This document shows, in pieces, positions 44,489 through 54,606 of a DNA stretch of 64,000 bases. This DNA comes from an uncultured Gammaproteobacteria bacterium. GTDB lineage: Bacteria > Patescibacteriota > Microgenomatia > Levybacterales > UBA12049. The first letter of the stretch is position 1, and each line of letters opens with the position of its first letter. The translations under genes and the position numbers were made by a program. The DNA is taken from the NCBI GenBank assembly GCA_965230895.1, contig OZ246394.1:1441887-1505886 (forward strand). Reading direction: 5' to 3'. The notes below the pieces were generated by a model. That model was not told the origin of the DNA and ran no database searches. It was given only the letters and a program-made list of their open reading frames with translations.

Positions 44489-45004
44489 ATGCAAAAAGTA
44501 AAAACCTTTCATAAAAAACACCCAGTTGCTTCCACACTGATTGCAGTAGGATTAGTCGGTGTTCTCATTGGTGGTGGATATGGTGGCTTTCGTTACTGGC
44601 AGTATACAATGAGCCCTGAGGGCATCTTCCAGAAAGAAGCAAAGCAATACGAATCTGATTGGAATGCGATGATGAAAAACGCTGGAGAGCAGATAAATCT
44701 TCCGAAAGATGAAGTCCCAGTGCTCGCAACAGTTACTGACAAGTCTGCTCTCGATAAACAAAAGTTTTTTGCAAATGCACAGGAGGGAGATAAAATTATC
44801 ATGTATAAAAAACACAAAATTGCGTATCTTTATCGTCCTTCAGTTGGGAAGGTCATTACCAAAGCAACGTTGAACTTGGTTGCTCCAACAGCAATTCCTT
44901 TTGAATCTGCTTCTGTTGCAGGGACATCTTCCTCAGAACTTGAGAAAGGGCCAGTGATAGAAGCTTCAAAAGAAGGAACCCTCGATAAACTCATACCGCA
45001 ATAA
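44489..45004 (+). CDS. Membrane-anchored hypothetical protein (likely start ATG 44489)
   Basis: Single TM followed by an LPKDEVPVLATVTD..FFANAQEGDKII..YLYRPS domain; TTTACA-N17-TATGCT-N7-ATG upstream favours the later start. Confidence 0.75.
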   Translation: MQKVKTFHKKHPVASTLIAVGLVGVLIGGGYGGFRYWQYTMSPEGIFQKEAKQYESDWNAMMKNAGEQINLPKDEVPVLATVTDKSALDKQKFFANAQEGDKIIMYKKHKIAYLYRPSVGKVITKATLNLVAPTAIPFESASVAGTSSSELEKGPVIEASKEGTLDKLIPQ

Positions 45005-45261
45005 TTCTGAGCATCAAATTGATTTATTAATTTACCTTTTGATATATTTTGACTTCTTTGTTGAATAAAGAAAATTATACGAGGAAAGTTTCTCAAAATT
45101 AACTTATTATAAGACTTCAGAAGAATAAAAATCCGACTAATAAAATTTGCAACGAAAGTTTGCAATAAAGGCGTATAACCAAATGAGAAATCTACATCTC
45201 TTTTGCCCTAAAAGATCCCCGAGATTTTTCACGAAATATCTGAGCACAATCGGTAAATGAT

Positions 45262-45360
45262 GATAAGTATATGATAAGATTATTCTCATCCTTGACAGCC
45301 TTATTAATATATGTAGTAATTATATTATGTGAAAATATTGGACAAAGTGTGACAAAGTCT
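45262..45360 (+). promoter_or_regulatory. Conserved giant-gene promoter block, copy 2
   Basis: GATAAG repeats, TTGACA(45292-45297), ATTAATATATGTAGTAAT(45303-45320), then GACAAAGT twice. Confidence 0.8.
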
Positions 45361-45390
45361 AGTATTTGAGCTCAAATTCATTACTGCCCA

Positions 45391-48300
45391 ATGAACAACG
45401 AGTATCTAACAATTCAAGAAGCTGCAACTTTTTTCCGCGTTTCGACAAGGACGCTCAGACGCTGGGAAGAAAAAGGTTACCTTACGTCTCACCGGACGTT
45501 TGGGAACCAAAGACGCTACAGTAAAGCGCAGCTATCCCAATTGCTGGGTGCTGCCGCAGCAGCGGGTGAGGCTGATGTCCAAGTTTCTGAGCAGACAAAT
45601 ACCGCAAAGCCATTTGGATTTCAATCCCAGCCGCAGTATGTCCCTCAAAAAGCCTCAATAGCACATCCAAACCCGATTCCAGTTCATTCGATTCACAAGC
45701 AAATTCAGCCTGAACCTACTCATATCCAAACACTCAAACCTGAGCATAGATTCCATAAGCCTCAATCTGCCATGACATTTGGTGCTGTGATTGCAATAAT
45801 TCTTTTGTCGACGATTGCAGTTATAGGATTTTCGAATGCGCAAACGATTGATGAAAAAAGTCAAGCATTTATCTCATTTCTGAAACCAGGAGAAACGGTC
45901 GAGCAAGTAGGTGGACAAAGTGTTCTTGCTGCAGAAGATAGAATCTCTTCTTTGCAGTTGCAAGTTGATGTGCCAGCTGTATTCGCAAAAAAAGTGACCT
46001 TTCTCGATGCATTTGAGATCAAGAATAGTTTGACAGTGAACAGTGCTTCAAACCTCTTTGGTGGAATTAAAACAAACAACAAAGATATCGATGCAGGAAC
46101 TGGCCAACTGACTGCATCAAACGTGGTCTATTCAGTTCTTTCCGGTACAAATATTTCCATTACCGGTGATCCTCAAAACCCAGTAATCTCCGCACAAGGT
46201 GGAGTAAATTCTGTACAAGGTTTAACTGGCACAATTGCCTTTACCTCAGGAAATGGAATTGATCTTGATGGGTTGGAGATTGTGAACACTGGTGTGCTTT
46301 CATTGCAAGGAGAAAGCGGCGATGTAGCATTTACAGGTGGAACTGGAATCGGCGTGAATGGTCTCACCATCACCAATACTGATCCAGGTTCTGCTCAAAA
46401 AATCTTTGGAACGATTCGCGTTGGATCAACAAATATTTCAGCTGGGTCAAATACAGATACGTTCACAATTTCAGCCGGTGCAGGGATAACATTGGCTCCA
46501 GATGCTGGGAACAAGACATTGACCATCACGAGCAATGCAGCTGGAGTATTGAGTGGCATGACGACAAACGGAGTCTTGTACGCAACCTCTGCAACGACAG
46601 CAACTTCAACTGGGGAAGCTCCAAATGGCTTTATCCTCAAATCAATGGGGCCAGGAAATGCACCACAATGGGTTGCTCCAGGAACAGTTCTTGGATATCT
46701 GCCGTTTGATTTCCTTACGGATGGAACCAATACCACTGCCAACATGATCGTTGGGACCGGAGCAAGTCTTGGGTACACAGGAAGTGGGACGATTAATGCT
46801 TCCTCTTTACAAAATGCGACTTGGGTTGCTCCAGGTGCAATCGGTTCATCAACGCCAAATACCGGTGCATTCACTGCTCTTACAGCAACGACGTTGAATG
46901 GTTTGACTGTCACAGCAAACGGTGCTAATACTCTCAACATAGCTACAGGGAAGACAATTACACTTAACAACTCTCTCTCACTTTCAGGAACAGATGGGAC
47001 TGTCTTCACATTCCCATCAGCAAACGACACACTTGTTGGCCGAAATAGTACAGATACCTTGACCAACAAAACTATTGCTGCGGGATCAAATACCATAACC
47101 GGTTTGACAAATTCCAATCTTTCAGGATCCGCAGGGATTACCAATGCAAATCTCCAAAATTCATCACTTACCGTGACTGCAGGGAGTGGCTTGTCTGGTG
47201 GAGGATTGGTAAGTCTCGGAGGATCGGTTTCACTCCAAAATGCCGGTGTTACATCCGCAACCGCAGGGACTGGAATTTCAATCAACGTTGCGACAGGGGA
47301 TATCACTGTCACCAACAATGGCGTGACATCTGCAGTTGCTGGAACAGGTATCGGCGTCAGTGGTCCGACTGGAGCGATTACGTTTACAAACAACGGAGTG
47401 ACTTCATTGACAGGGACCGCAAACCAAGTAAATGTTTCAGGAAGTACTGGAGGCATTACGTTGAGTTTGCCTCAGAACATTCATACAGCAGCGACTCCAA
47501 CATTTGCAGGATTGACGCTTTCAAATCTCACGGCAAATGGCGGGATCTTATACACCAACGGCACAGGAACTGTTGCACAAACTTCTGTGGGATCGCCTGG
47601 TCAATGTCTCACTTCTAATGGAGGCGGTGCTCCATCCTGGAGTACTTGTGCAGGATCAAGCTATTGGAATCTTTCCAATGGAACACTCTCTCCAGTGAAC
47701 AATACATTGGATCTTTTAGTTGGCGGCACAAGTTCGAACTCCGCAAAATTTGCAGTTCTGAATGTTAATTCTGGAACACCTGTTGCATCAATATCAGCAG
47801 GATCTGCTGGAGCCGCTTATTTAACAGCAACTGGTACATTGCAAACCACTGCAAACCAAACACTCTCGCTTGGCGGCAATACAACTGGCAACATCATCTT
47901 GAATGGTGATGGGAGTAATAACGTTGGGATCGGCACTTTAAATCCAACGTTTGGTTTGGATGTAGCTACGGTAAATGGTGCACGGATACTCTTTGACGAT
48001 GGCTTGGGAGACCCTCGCATTCACTTCAGTCAAGTAGGAGATAATCCAACCCAAGATTTCTACCGATGGACAGGTTCTGGAAGTAATTATTTCGCTTCAC
48101 GATTTAATGTGAGTCCCGGAACAGGTGATGGGATTTTTAACATTCAGGGTGCAAATGATACAAACATGGGCTCGCATACTTTCTCTGATCTTTTGAGTAT
48201 CGTGCTGGGCGGACCAAATCAAGGAAACGTAGGTCTTGGTAACTCTGCTCCTTCACAATTTCTTGATATGGTTCGAAACCAGAACGAATCAACAATGGTA

Positions 48301-51300
48301 AGTTTGGCAAATACAGATAGTGGTGCATTTGCTTACACCATGTACCGAGTTGCTAACGATACTGGCAATGGGGAATTTGGTATTGGTTCATCGGGTAATA
48401 ATGACTTTGCATTTGCGAATAGAGCATATCTTTACGCAAGTTCAGCGACAAATGGTTTAACTTTAGCTGCTGATGGAAGTGGGGATGATATACGGTTTTA
48501 CACAGGAGGTTATGCTCCAACAGATGAACGAATGCGGATTGATAGTGCGGGAAATGTTGGAATCGGAGCAAGTCTTCCACTTGCTACGCTTGATGTTCGA
48601 GGCAATTCGGGAACAACTCCTGTTACATCAGTCTCAGGTATCACGGCACAAGCTACATTGCTCGTCGATAATAACGGAGTGGGTGATCTCTTCACCGCAA
48701 GTAAATCTGGTGCTACTCGGTTTAGTATAGCTAACAATGGAAATCTTATTGCAACGGGCACCTTAACTGGCTTAACGGGTTTGACTACTTCGGGAACAGT
48801 AACGTTGTCATCACTCACAACTGATGGAGGAATCATGTTCACAAATGGTTCCGGAACAATTAGTCAAACGTCTGCAGGAGGTCTTGGTCAATGTCTGATG
48901 TCTAGTGGTGGAGGTGTTCCAACTTGGGGAACATGTGCAGGTGGCACAAATCTTTGGCAATCAAACAATGGAACAATCTCACCATTCTCAAGTGCGCTTG
49001 ACCTCTTGGTCGGTGGTACAAGTACTGCTTCTGCAAAATTCAGATTTATCAATGCGAATTCAGGAACCCCAACAGCATCAATCTCAGCAAACTCAGGCAA
49101 CAATGCCGCATACTTAAGTGGCACTGGAATCTTGTCCACGACAAATGCTCAAACATTAACTCTTGGAAGCGCAACCACAGGAAATGTCGTGGTTGATTCA
49201 GGATCTGGATTGATTACACTTTCAGACAACACAACTGTTGCAGGTAATCTCAATCTCCAAACAGGAAATGCATTCCAGATCAATGGCACCAATGTTTTGA
49301 CTAATAATACGCTTGGATCTGGTGTGACGACATCTTCTTTGACAACCGTTGGCGCCTTAGCAAATGGATCCATAGCCAATGGATTTGGCACGATCTTTAC
49401 CTCGAATACGATTCAGGGAAGTAATATTACCGCAAGTGGGACAACCGGATTTACAGCTTCAGGAAATGGTGCTGGACTCACATTCTCTGGCACAGGGAAC
49501 CATGACATCACAGCATCCAGTGGTACGCTTAGAATGGGTGATGTTACCTTTAACGGCGTTATCACAACCGGTCTCACTGGCAACAACGCTGCACTGTACG
49601 CTGTTTCAGGGACAGGAACATTAGCAGGTGCAACAACAAATACACAAAACCTCTGTCTCTTGTCTGGGGTATCAGCTCCTGCCTGGGGAAGTTGTCCGAT
49701 TGGGGCAAATTACTGGAATCAAAATAATGGCGCGTTATCTCCAATGAACTCCACTGTCGATTTCCTTTTGGGCGGCCAAGCTTCAAGCTCCGCGAAGTTT
49801 GCAGTACTCGGTATGAACTCAGGAACTCCAACAGCATCAGTTTCAGCAACAAGCACTGGAAACGGATTATCATTGGCTGGCGATGGCACGATTCAAACGC
49901 TCCGAAATAATACACTCACATTAGGCGGAAGTACCACCGGAAACATTCTCCTTATGCCTACCAATGGAAGCGGGCGAGTAGGGATTGGGACTGCAACGCC
50001 GCAGAGTACATTGGATGTAAATGGGACAGTAAGGTTTACCAATCAATTGAATTTTACTGATGCAGTCTTTGGGCAAATCCAAACGCTTGTAGGAAATGCG
50101 TATCTTGATTTCAAGACAGCAGCTGGAACTGGTGCAATTACCTTTACACCAAATGCAACAGAAGCAATGAGAATTTCACCAAATGGTATGGTCGGAATTG
50201 GTACAAATGGATTGCTTACACCATTTGCAACATTGGATGTTCGCGGCCGATCAGGAACTTCACCAATTGCCTCATTGTCTGGTGCAACATCGCAGGCATC
50301 TTTGGTTATTGATCAGTCTGGTGTTGGGGATCTCTTTACTGCAAGTAAATCAGGCCTCACAAGATTTGTTATCGATAATGCTGGCAACGTAAAGGTTGGG
50401 ACACAAACATCCGGTGCGAGTTTGCAAGTGACAGGTATGAGTGGCTATGGAGTTATGATTGGCGGCGGCGCTGGTGGAGGAAATACAATTGATGGAACTT
50501 TGAATGGTGTAATGAATCAGCCATTGTGGCTTAACTCTGCATCTGCGCAAGATGTCTATATTGCTCCAAACGGTGGAAGTGTTGGTATAGGTACAAGTGC
50601 TCCTGCAGGAGCACTTGATGTCAGAGGTAATTCAGGAACTGCACCAGCTGCTTCATTCTCGGGACAAACATCTCGAGCAGCAATGGTTGTCGACAACAAT
50701 GGCACCGGAGACATCTTTACAGCTTCAAAATCAGGTGCATCAAAGTTCACGATCTTGAATAACGGAAACCTTCAAGTAAATAATTACACGACAAATGGAG
50801 GAGTCCTTTATACAAATGCGTCAGGAGTTGTTGGCCAAACAGCAGCTGGTTCAGGTGGACAATGTTTGCAATCTAATGGTGGAGGCGCACCAACATGGGG
50901 TTCATGTACTGGAGGTATGGTTAATTACTGGCAGCAAAACAATGGCGCTGTCTCTCCAGCAAATAGCACCAATGACTTCATTATTGGAGGTACTGCAACT
51001 TCATCAGCACGATTCTCTGTAACAGGAATGAGTTACACACTTGGAGGCGTGAGCTCTTTTAACTCTGCTAATGCACTTCCATCAGGGAGAACATTTAATG
51101 GCGTAGTCTCAGCAAATGGATATATCTATTCAATCGGTGGATACAATGGTGGTGGTCAATCAACTGTTTACTATGCATCATTGAATGCAGACGGTTCAGT
51201 GGGAGACTGGAGAACGACATCAGCTTTGCCTACAAGTTTGAGTAATGCGACTGCAGTTGTCTACAACGGCTACGTATATGTGGCTGGTGGACAGGTTTCT

Positions 51301-53958
51301 GTAACGTTGCAGAATAAAGTCTATTACGCTCGTCTTAATACCGATGGAACACTTGGTTCATGGCAGACTGGTACAAATCTTCCTCAAGCGATCCAATCAC
51401 AATCTTCAGTGGTTGCAAATGGTTATTTGTACATGCTTGGAGGATCAAATAACGTTATCAACAACAACATCAATACTATTTATTACACAAAGATCAATGC
51501 GGATGGTTCGATCGGAGCGTGGGTAACAAATGGAACAAACCTTCCTGCTGCTACTCGCGGTCATACATCTGTTGTCGCAAATGGATATGTTTATATGATT
51601 GGTGGTAATGCAAGTGGTGGAACGACAAATGTTTACTATGCAAAGCTCAACGGTGACGGTTCGGTAGGATCATGGACTTCAACCAATGGGCTCCCAGCAG
51701 CAAGAGTTGGTCATTCTTCGATGGTCGCAAATGGTTTTGTCTATGCTGTCGGTGGAGACGATACAAGTAATGCGCAAGATGAAGTGTATTATGCGAAATT
51801 AAATGATAATGGATCTCTTGGGACATGGTCAACCAATCAATATCTGCTTCCGGGAGTTCGTGGCAATATTTCGAAGAATGGTGTTATCGAAAATGGTTAT
51901 ATGTACGTTCTCGGCGGATCTACGACGACAAGTGGTACAAGCGGTATCCAAAGTACTGTGTACTACGCAAGTACCGCCAGAATTTCAATGAATGCGAACT
52001 TGGATTTGATTGGATTGTCCGGAGGAAATATCGCTTCAGCATCAGGTATGGTAGGCAACGGATCAGTTGGCGGAAGTATCTATGCTGGAAATATCTTTAG
52101 TAATGGTAGTCTTACTGTCGCAGGAAGTGCTCAATTATGGAATGGACTTTCAGTCAATGGTAATCAGACATTGAATGGTTCATTGAATATCTTTGGTTCA
52201 AATGGCACAACGCCTGCTGCTTCAGTGTCGGCTAGTACTGCAGGTGCGGCGATGGTAGTCGATAACACTGGCGTGGGAGATCTCTTTACAGCCTCTAAAT
52301 CCGGTGCGACAAAATTTGTTATCAAAAACAACGGAAATGTCGGTATTGGGACTGATAATCCTACGTTCCCATTGCAAGTTGAAGGAATATCTTCACTTAA
52401 TTATGTTACGAATCCAAATATCTATGGTGTGAATATCGGTGGAGGTATCTTGTTCTCTCAATACAATACAGGTACAGCGGAAAATGTATACCTTAAAGTT
52501 TGGGAAGCAAACGCTGGATTCGTATTTGAAAATAACGGTGCAGCGACAAATGAAATCGCGAGACTTACAGGTACTGGATCATTTGGACTTGGAACAAGTA
52601 ACTTTACCAACTTGCCAGACGGCTCGCTTCACCTTGGGAATGGTGCAATCTGTGTTGACGATGGAGGTAGTAATTGTGACGATGCATCGAGAGTTGCGGG
52701 CAGAATCTACGCAGAATCAAGTACTGTTACTGCAATTGATTTGGCTGAAAACTATCCTTCAAAAGACAACACAATGGAACCTGGAGACGTAGTAATTGCT
52801 GATCCAAACAATACTGAATATGTGAAGCGCTCTGAAGGTTCGTATCAGGGAAGTGTGATCGGTATTATTTCTACTAAGCCTGGTATCCTTCTTGGAGGAT
52901 TTGGTGATGAAGAAAAACGATTTGGTAATGACAAGAAGTATCCAATCGCTCTTGCCGGAAGAATCCCTACAAAAGTAAGTACAGAAAATGGTCCAATCAA
53001 ACCTGGAGATTATCTTACCTCAAGTAGCATCCCAGGTGTCGCTATGAAGGCAACCCAAGCGGGTACAACCATTGCAAAAGCTGTTGAAGCATACGATAAC
53101 TCTGATCCTCGAGTTGTCGGCAAAGTTGTCGCTTTGGTCAACCCATCCTGGTATGACCCACGAGCAAGTTTGAATAGTGATGGCAATATCACTGTTGATG
53201 GTAAGCAGTTCAATCCACAACTTGCACAAGATCAGAACACTGCAATGTCTGATTACTCATTCAATGCAAGGACAGCGACCTCTTCAGCTTTGACTGATGT
53301 GACGAATAAGACAAATGTCCTGCAACAGATGCTATCTGTATTGACGCAACGAGTGGATACGTTAGAAACCAATGCAAGTAGCTCTGCATTTATGACAAGT
53401 GCTCCTGGTGGATTTGTATCATCATCGGCTGCAGAATTAGACCTCGAAAAGCTTGATGTCAACAAACTTACAGTCACTGATACATTGGCTGTTGTAGGGC
53501 GTACAACGCTTGCTGACGTAGGTGTTACTGGAAAGGTGAATATTGGGCTACTCAGCATTGAAGGACTTGATGATGAGGGTTCTGCAGCGATCAATACATC
53601 AGTTGGAACGTTGCGTTTGCAATCAAATGGCTTGAATGGCATTGACATACTCAATGGCAAGATGACAATTGATGCCAAAGGTAACCTTAAGACCGTAGGG
53701 GAGATAACAGCAAAGAAAGTTAATATCGATACAGAAGAAGTAGCGAGTGCTTCTCTTGGTGAGGTCATCCTCAAGTCAGGTCAGACGAAGGTGACCGTTA
53801 AGACAACAGCGCTCTCTGAGAAGTCCAAGATCTTTGTTCAAGCTGAGGAAGTGCCTGTTACGACGGCGGTAAAGAAAGTCTCTAAGGATACCTTTGAGAT
53901 TAGAGTTCGATCTGCTGAAGACTCAGACGTCAGCTTAAGCTGGTGGATTGTTAACTAG
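45391..53958 (+). CDS. Giant fibre-like surface protein 2 (2855 aa): HTH, TM, shaft modules, six Kelch-like repeats, intramolecular-chaperone-like domain, C-terminal beta domain
   Basis: LTIQEAATFFRVSTRTLRRWEEKG..RTFGNQRRY; six LP..VVANGYxYxxGG..VYY repeats; DLAENY..PGDVV..GIISTKPG..LAGRIPTKV..GDYLTSS..PGVAMKA. Confidence 0.9.
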   Translation: MNNEYLTIQEAATFFRVSTRTLRRWEEKGYLTSHRTFGNQRRYSKAQLSQLLGAAAAAGEADVQVSEQTNTAKPFGFQSQPQYVPQKASIAHPNPIPVHSIHKQIQPEPTHIQTLKPEHRFHKPQSAMTFGAVIAIILLSTIAVIGFSNAQTIDEKSQAFISFLKPGETVEQVGGQSVLAAEDRISSLQLQVDVPAVFAKKVTFLDAFEIKNSLTVNSASNLFGGIKTNNKDIDAGTGQLTASNVVYSVLSGTNISITGDPQNPVISAQGGVNSVQGLTGTIAFTSGNGIDLDGLEIVNTGVLSLQGESGDVAFTGGTGIGVNGLTITNTDPGSAQKIFGTIRVGSTNISAGSNTDTFTISAGAGITLAPDAGNKTLTITSNAAGVLSGMTTNGVLYATSATTATSTGEAPNGFILKSMGPGNAPQWVAPGTVLGYLPFDFLTDGTNTTANMIVGTGASLGYTGSGTINASSLQNATWVAPGAIGSSTPNTGAFTALTATTLNGLTVTANGANTLNIATGKTITLNNSLSLSGTDGTVFTFPSANDTLVGRNSTDTLTNKTIAAGSNTITGLTNSNLSGSAGITNANLQNSSLTVTAGSGLSGGGLVSLGGSVSLQNAGVTSATAGTGISINVATGDITVTNNGVTSAVAGTGIGVSGPTGAITFTNNGVTSLTGTANQVNVSGSTGGITLSLPQNIHTAATPTFAGLTLSNLTANGGILYTNGTGTVAQTSVGSPGQCLTSNGGGAPSWSTCAGSSYWNLSNGTLSPVNNTLDLLVGGTSSNSAKFAVLNVNSGTPVASISAGSAGAAYLTATGTLQTTANQTLSLGGNTTGNIILNGDGSNNVGIGTLNPTFGLDVATVNGARILFDDGLGDPRIHFSQVGDNPTQDFYRWTGSGSNYFASRFNVSPGTGDGIFNIQGANDTNMGSHTFSDLLSIVLGGPNQGNVGLGNSAPSQFLDMVRNQNESTMVSLANTDSGAFAYTMYRVANDTGNGEFGIGSSGNNDFAFANRAYLYASSATNGLTLAADGSGDDIRFYTGGYAPTDERMRIDSAGNVGIGASLPLATLDVRGNSGTTPVTSVSGITAQATLLVDNNGVGDLFTASKSGATRFSIANNGNLIATGTLTGLTGLTTSGTVTLSSLTTDGGIMFTNGSGTISQTSAGGLGQCLMSSGGGVPTWGTCAGGTNLWQSNNGTISPFSSALDLLVGGTSTASAKFRFINANSGTPTASISANSGNNAAYLSGTGILSTTNAQTLTLGSATTGNVVVDSGSGLITLSDNTTVAGNLNLQTGNAFQINGTNVLTNNTLGSGVTTSSLTTVGALANGSIANGFGTIFTSNTIQGSNITASGTTGFTASGNGAGLTFSGTGNHDITASSGTLRMGDVTFNGVITTGLTGNNAALYAVSGTGTLAGATTNTQNLCLLSGVSAPAWGSCPIGANYWNQNNGALSPMNSTVDFLLGGQASSSAKFAVLGMNSGTPTASVSATSTGNGLSLAGDGTIQTLRNNTLTLGGSTTGNILLMPTNGSGRVGIGTATPQSTLDVNGTVRFTNQLNFTDAVFGQIQTLVGNAYLDFKTAAGTGAITFTPNATEAMRISPNGMVGIGTNGLLTPFATLDVRGRSGTSPIASLSGATSQASLVIDQSGVGDLFTASKSGLTRFVIDNAGNVKVGTQTSGASLQVTGMSGYGVMIGGGAGGGNTIDGTLNGVMNQPLWLNSASAQDVYIAPNGGSVGIGTSAPAGALDVRGNSGTAPAASFSGQTSRAAMVVDNNGTGDIFTASKSGASKFTILNNGNLQVNNYTTNGGVLYTNASGVVGQTAAGSGGQCLQSNGGGAPTWGSCTGGMVNYWQQNNGAVSPANSTNDFIIGGTATSSARFSVTGMSYTLGGVSSFNSANALPSGRTFNGVVSANGYIYSIGGYNGGGQSTVYYASLNADGSVGDWRTTSALPTSLSNATAVVYNGYVYVAGGQVSVTLQNKVYYARLNTDGTLGSWQTGTNLPQAIQSQSSVVANGYLYMLGGSNNVINNNINTIYYTKINADGSIGAWVTNGTNLPAATRGHTSVVANGYVYMIGGNASGGTTNVYYAKLNGDGSVGSWTSTNGLPAARVGHSSMVANGFVYAVGGDDTSNAQDEVYYAKLNDNGSLGTWSTNQYLLPGVRGNISKNGVIENGYMYVLGGSTTTSGTSGIQSTVYYASTARISMNANLDLIGLSGGNIASASGMVGNGSVGGSIYAGNIFSNGSLTVAGSAQLWNGLSVNGNQTLNGSLNIFGSNGTTPAASVSASTAGAAMVVDNTGVGDLFTASKSGATKFVIKNNGNVGIGTDNPTFPLQVEGISSLNYVTNPNIYGVNIGGGILFSQYNTGTAENVYLKVWEANAGFVFENNGAATNEIARLTGTGSFGLGTSNFTNLPDGSLHLGNGAICVDDGGSNCDDASRVAGRIYAESSTVTAIDLAENYPSKDNTMEPGDVVIADPNNTEYVKRSEGSYQGSVIGIISTKPGILLGGFGDEEKRFGNDKKYPIALAGRIPTKVSTENGPIKPGDYLTSSSIPGVAMKATQAGTTIAKAVEAYDNSDPRVVGKVVALVNPSWYDPRASLNSDGNITVDGKQFNPQLAQDQNTAMSDYSFNARTATSSALTDVTNKTNVLQQMLSVLTQRVDTLETNASSSAFMTSAPGGFVSSSAAELDLEKLDVNKLTVTDTLAVVGRTTLADVGVTGKVNIGLLSIEGLDDEGSAAINTSVGTLRLQSNGLNGIDILNGKMTIDAKGNLKTVGEITAKKVNIDTEEVASASLGEVILKSGQTKVTVKTTALSEKSKIFVQAEEVPVTTAVKKVSKDTFEIRVRSAEDSDVSLSWWIVN

Positions 53959-54492
53959 GTAGATTACTTGCTATAGCAATAATTGAAACTTATTCATTAA
54001 AGCTAAATATAGTTGTATTAGCATACTATATGAAAAATTCATTCTTTTAGAAATTTAAGATGAGGAATTGCTCTTTTTCTCAGATCTTCACACTGCTTCT
54101 TAGTTATTCTTTGGAGTAATAATTATTCGTTATTGAAAGTACTGAGAAACATCAAGAACATTAAATTATCTCCAAGGTTTTGGTGATAACATTATTTACC
54201 TTTTGATACAGATAGTCATATTGCTTTTTTCTCTACATTGAATTGGCTTTTCTCTCGTATTTTTCTTCAAAGCTAAATATCTATCTTCCAAAATTCCATC
54301 AAAAGTAGAGAAGTCTTATCTCAACAATAAGTGGTACAAAAATATGTTAAATGTATCAAAGTGGGTAGTAAATTTTTCGTGAAAAAAAACTTGAGTTTTG
54401 AAGCTGTGAAAAAACTCTATATTCTTACAAAACTTCATCTTTATAAAAACTTGGACATTGAGGATATTGAGGCTAATAACGAGAATTTGATG

Positions 54493-54590
54493 AGATTAAG
54501 ATAAGATTAATTTGTGCTTGACAGGCTTAATTAATATATGTAGTAATATATATACTAGCAAAAGTTGGACATTAGGCAGGGTGTCCAAGT
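54493..54590 (+). promoter_or_regulatory. Conserved giant-gene promoter block, copy 3
   Basis: GATTAAGATAAGAT, TTGACA(54518-54523), ATTAATATATGTAGTAAT(54530-54547), TATACTAGCAAAAGTT, inverted repeat TTGGACA-N10-TGTCCAA. Confidence 0.8.
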
Positions 54591-54606
54591 TCCTAGAAGA
54601 CCTGCC

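Noticed and set aside
45147-45165. GAAA-tetraloop hairpin TTGCAAC-GAAA-GTTTGCAA as part of a riboswitch
   Set aside because: It lies upstream of the predicted promoter, has no recognisable aptamer context, and is not repeated before the other two giant genes.
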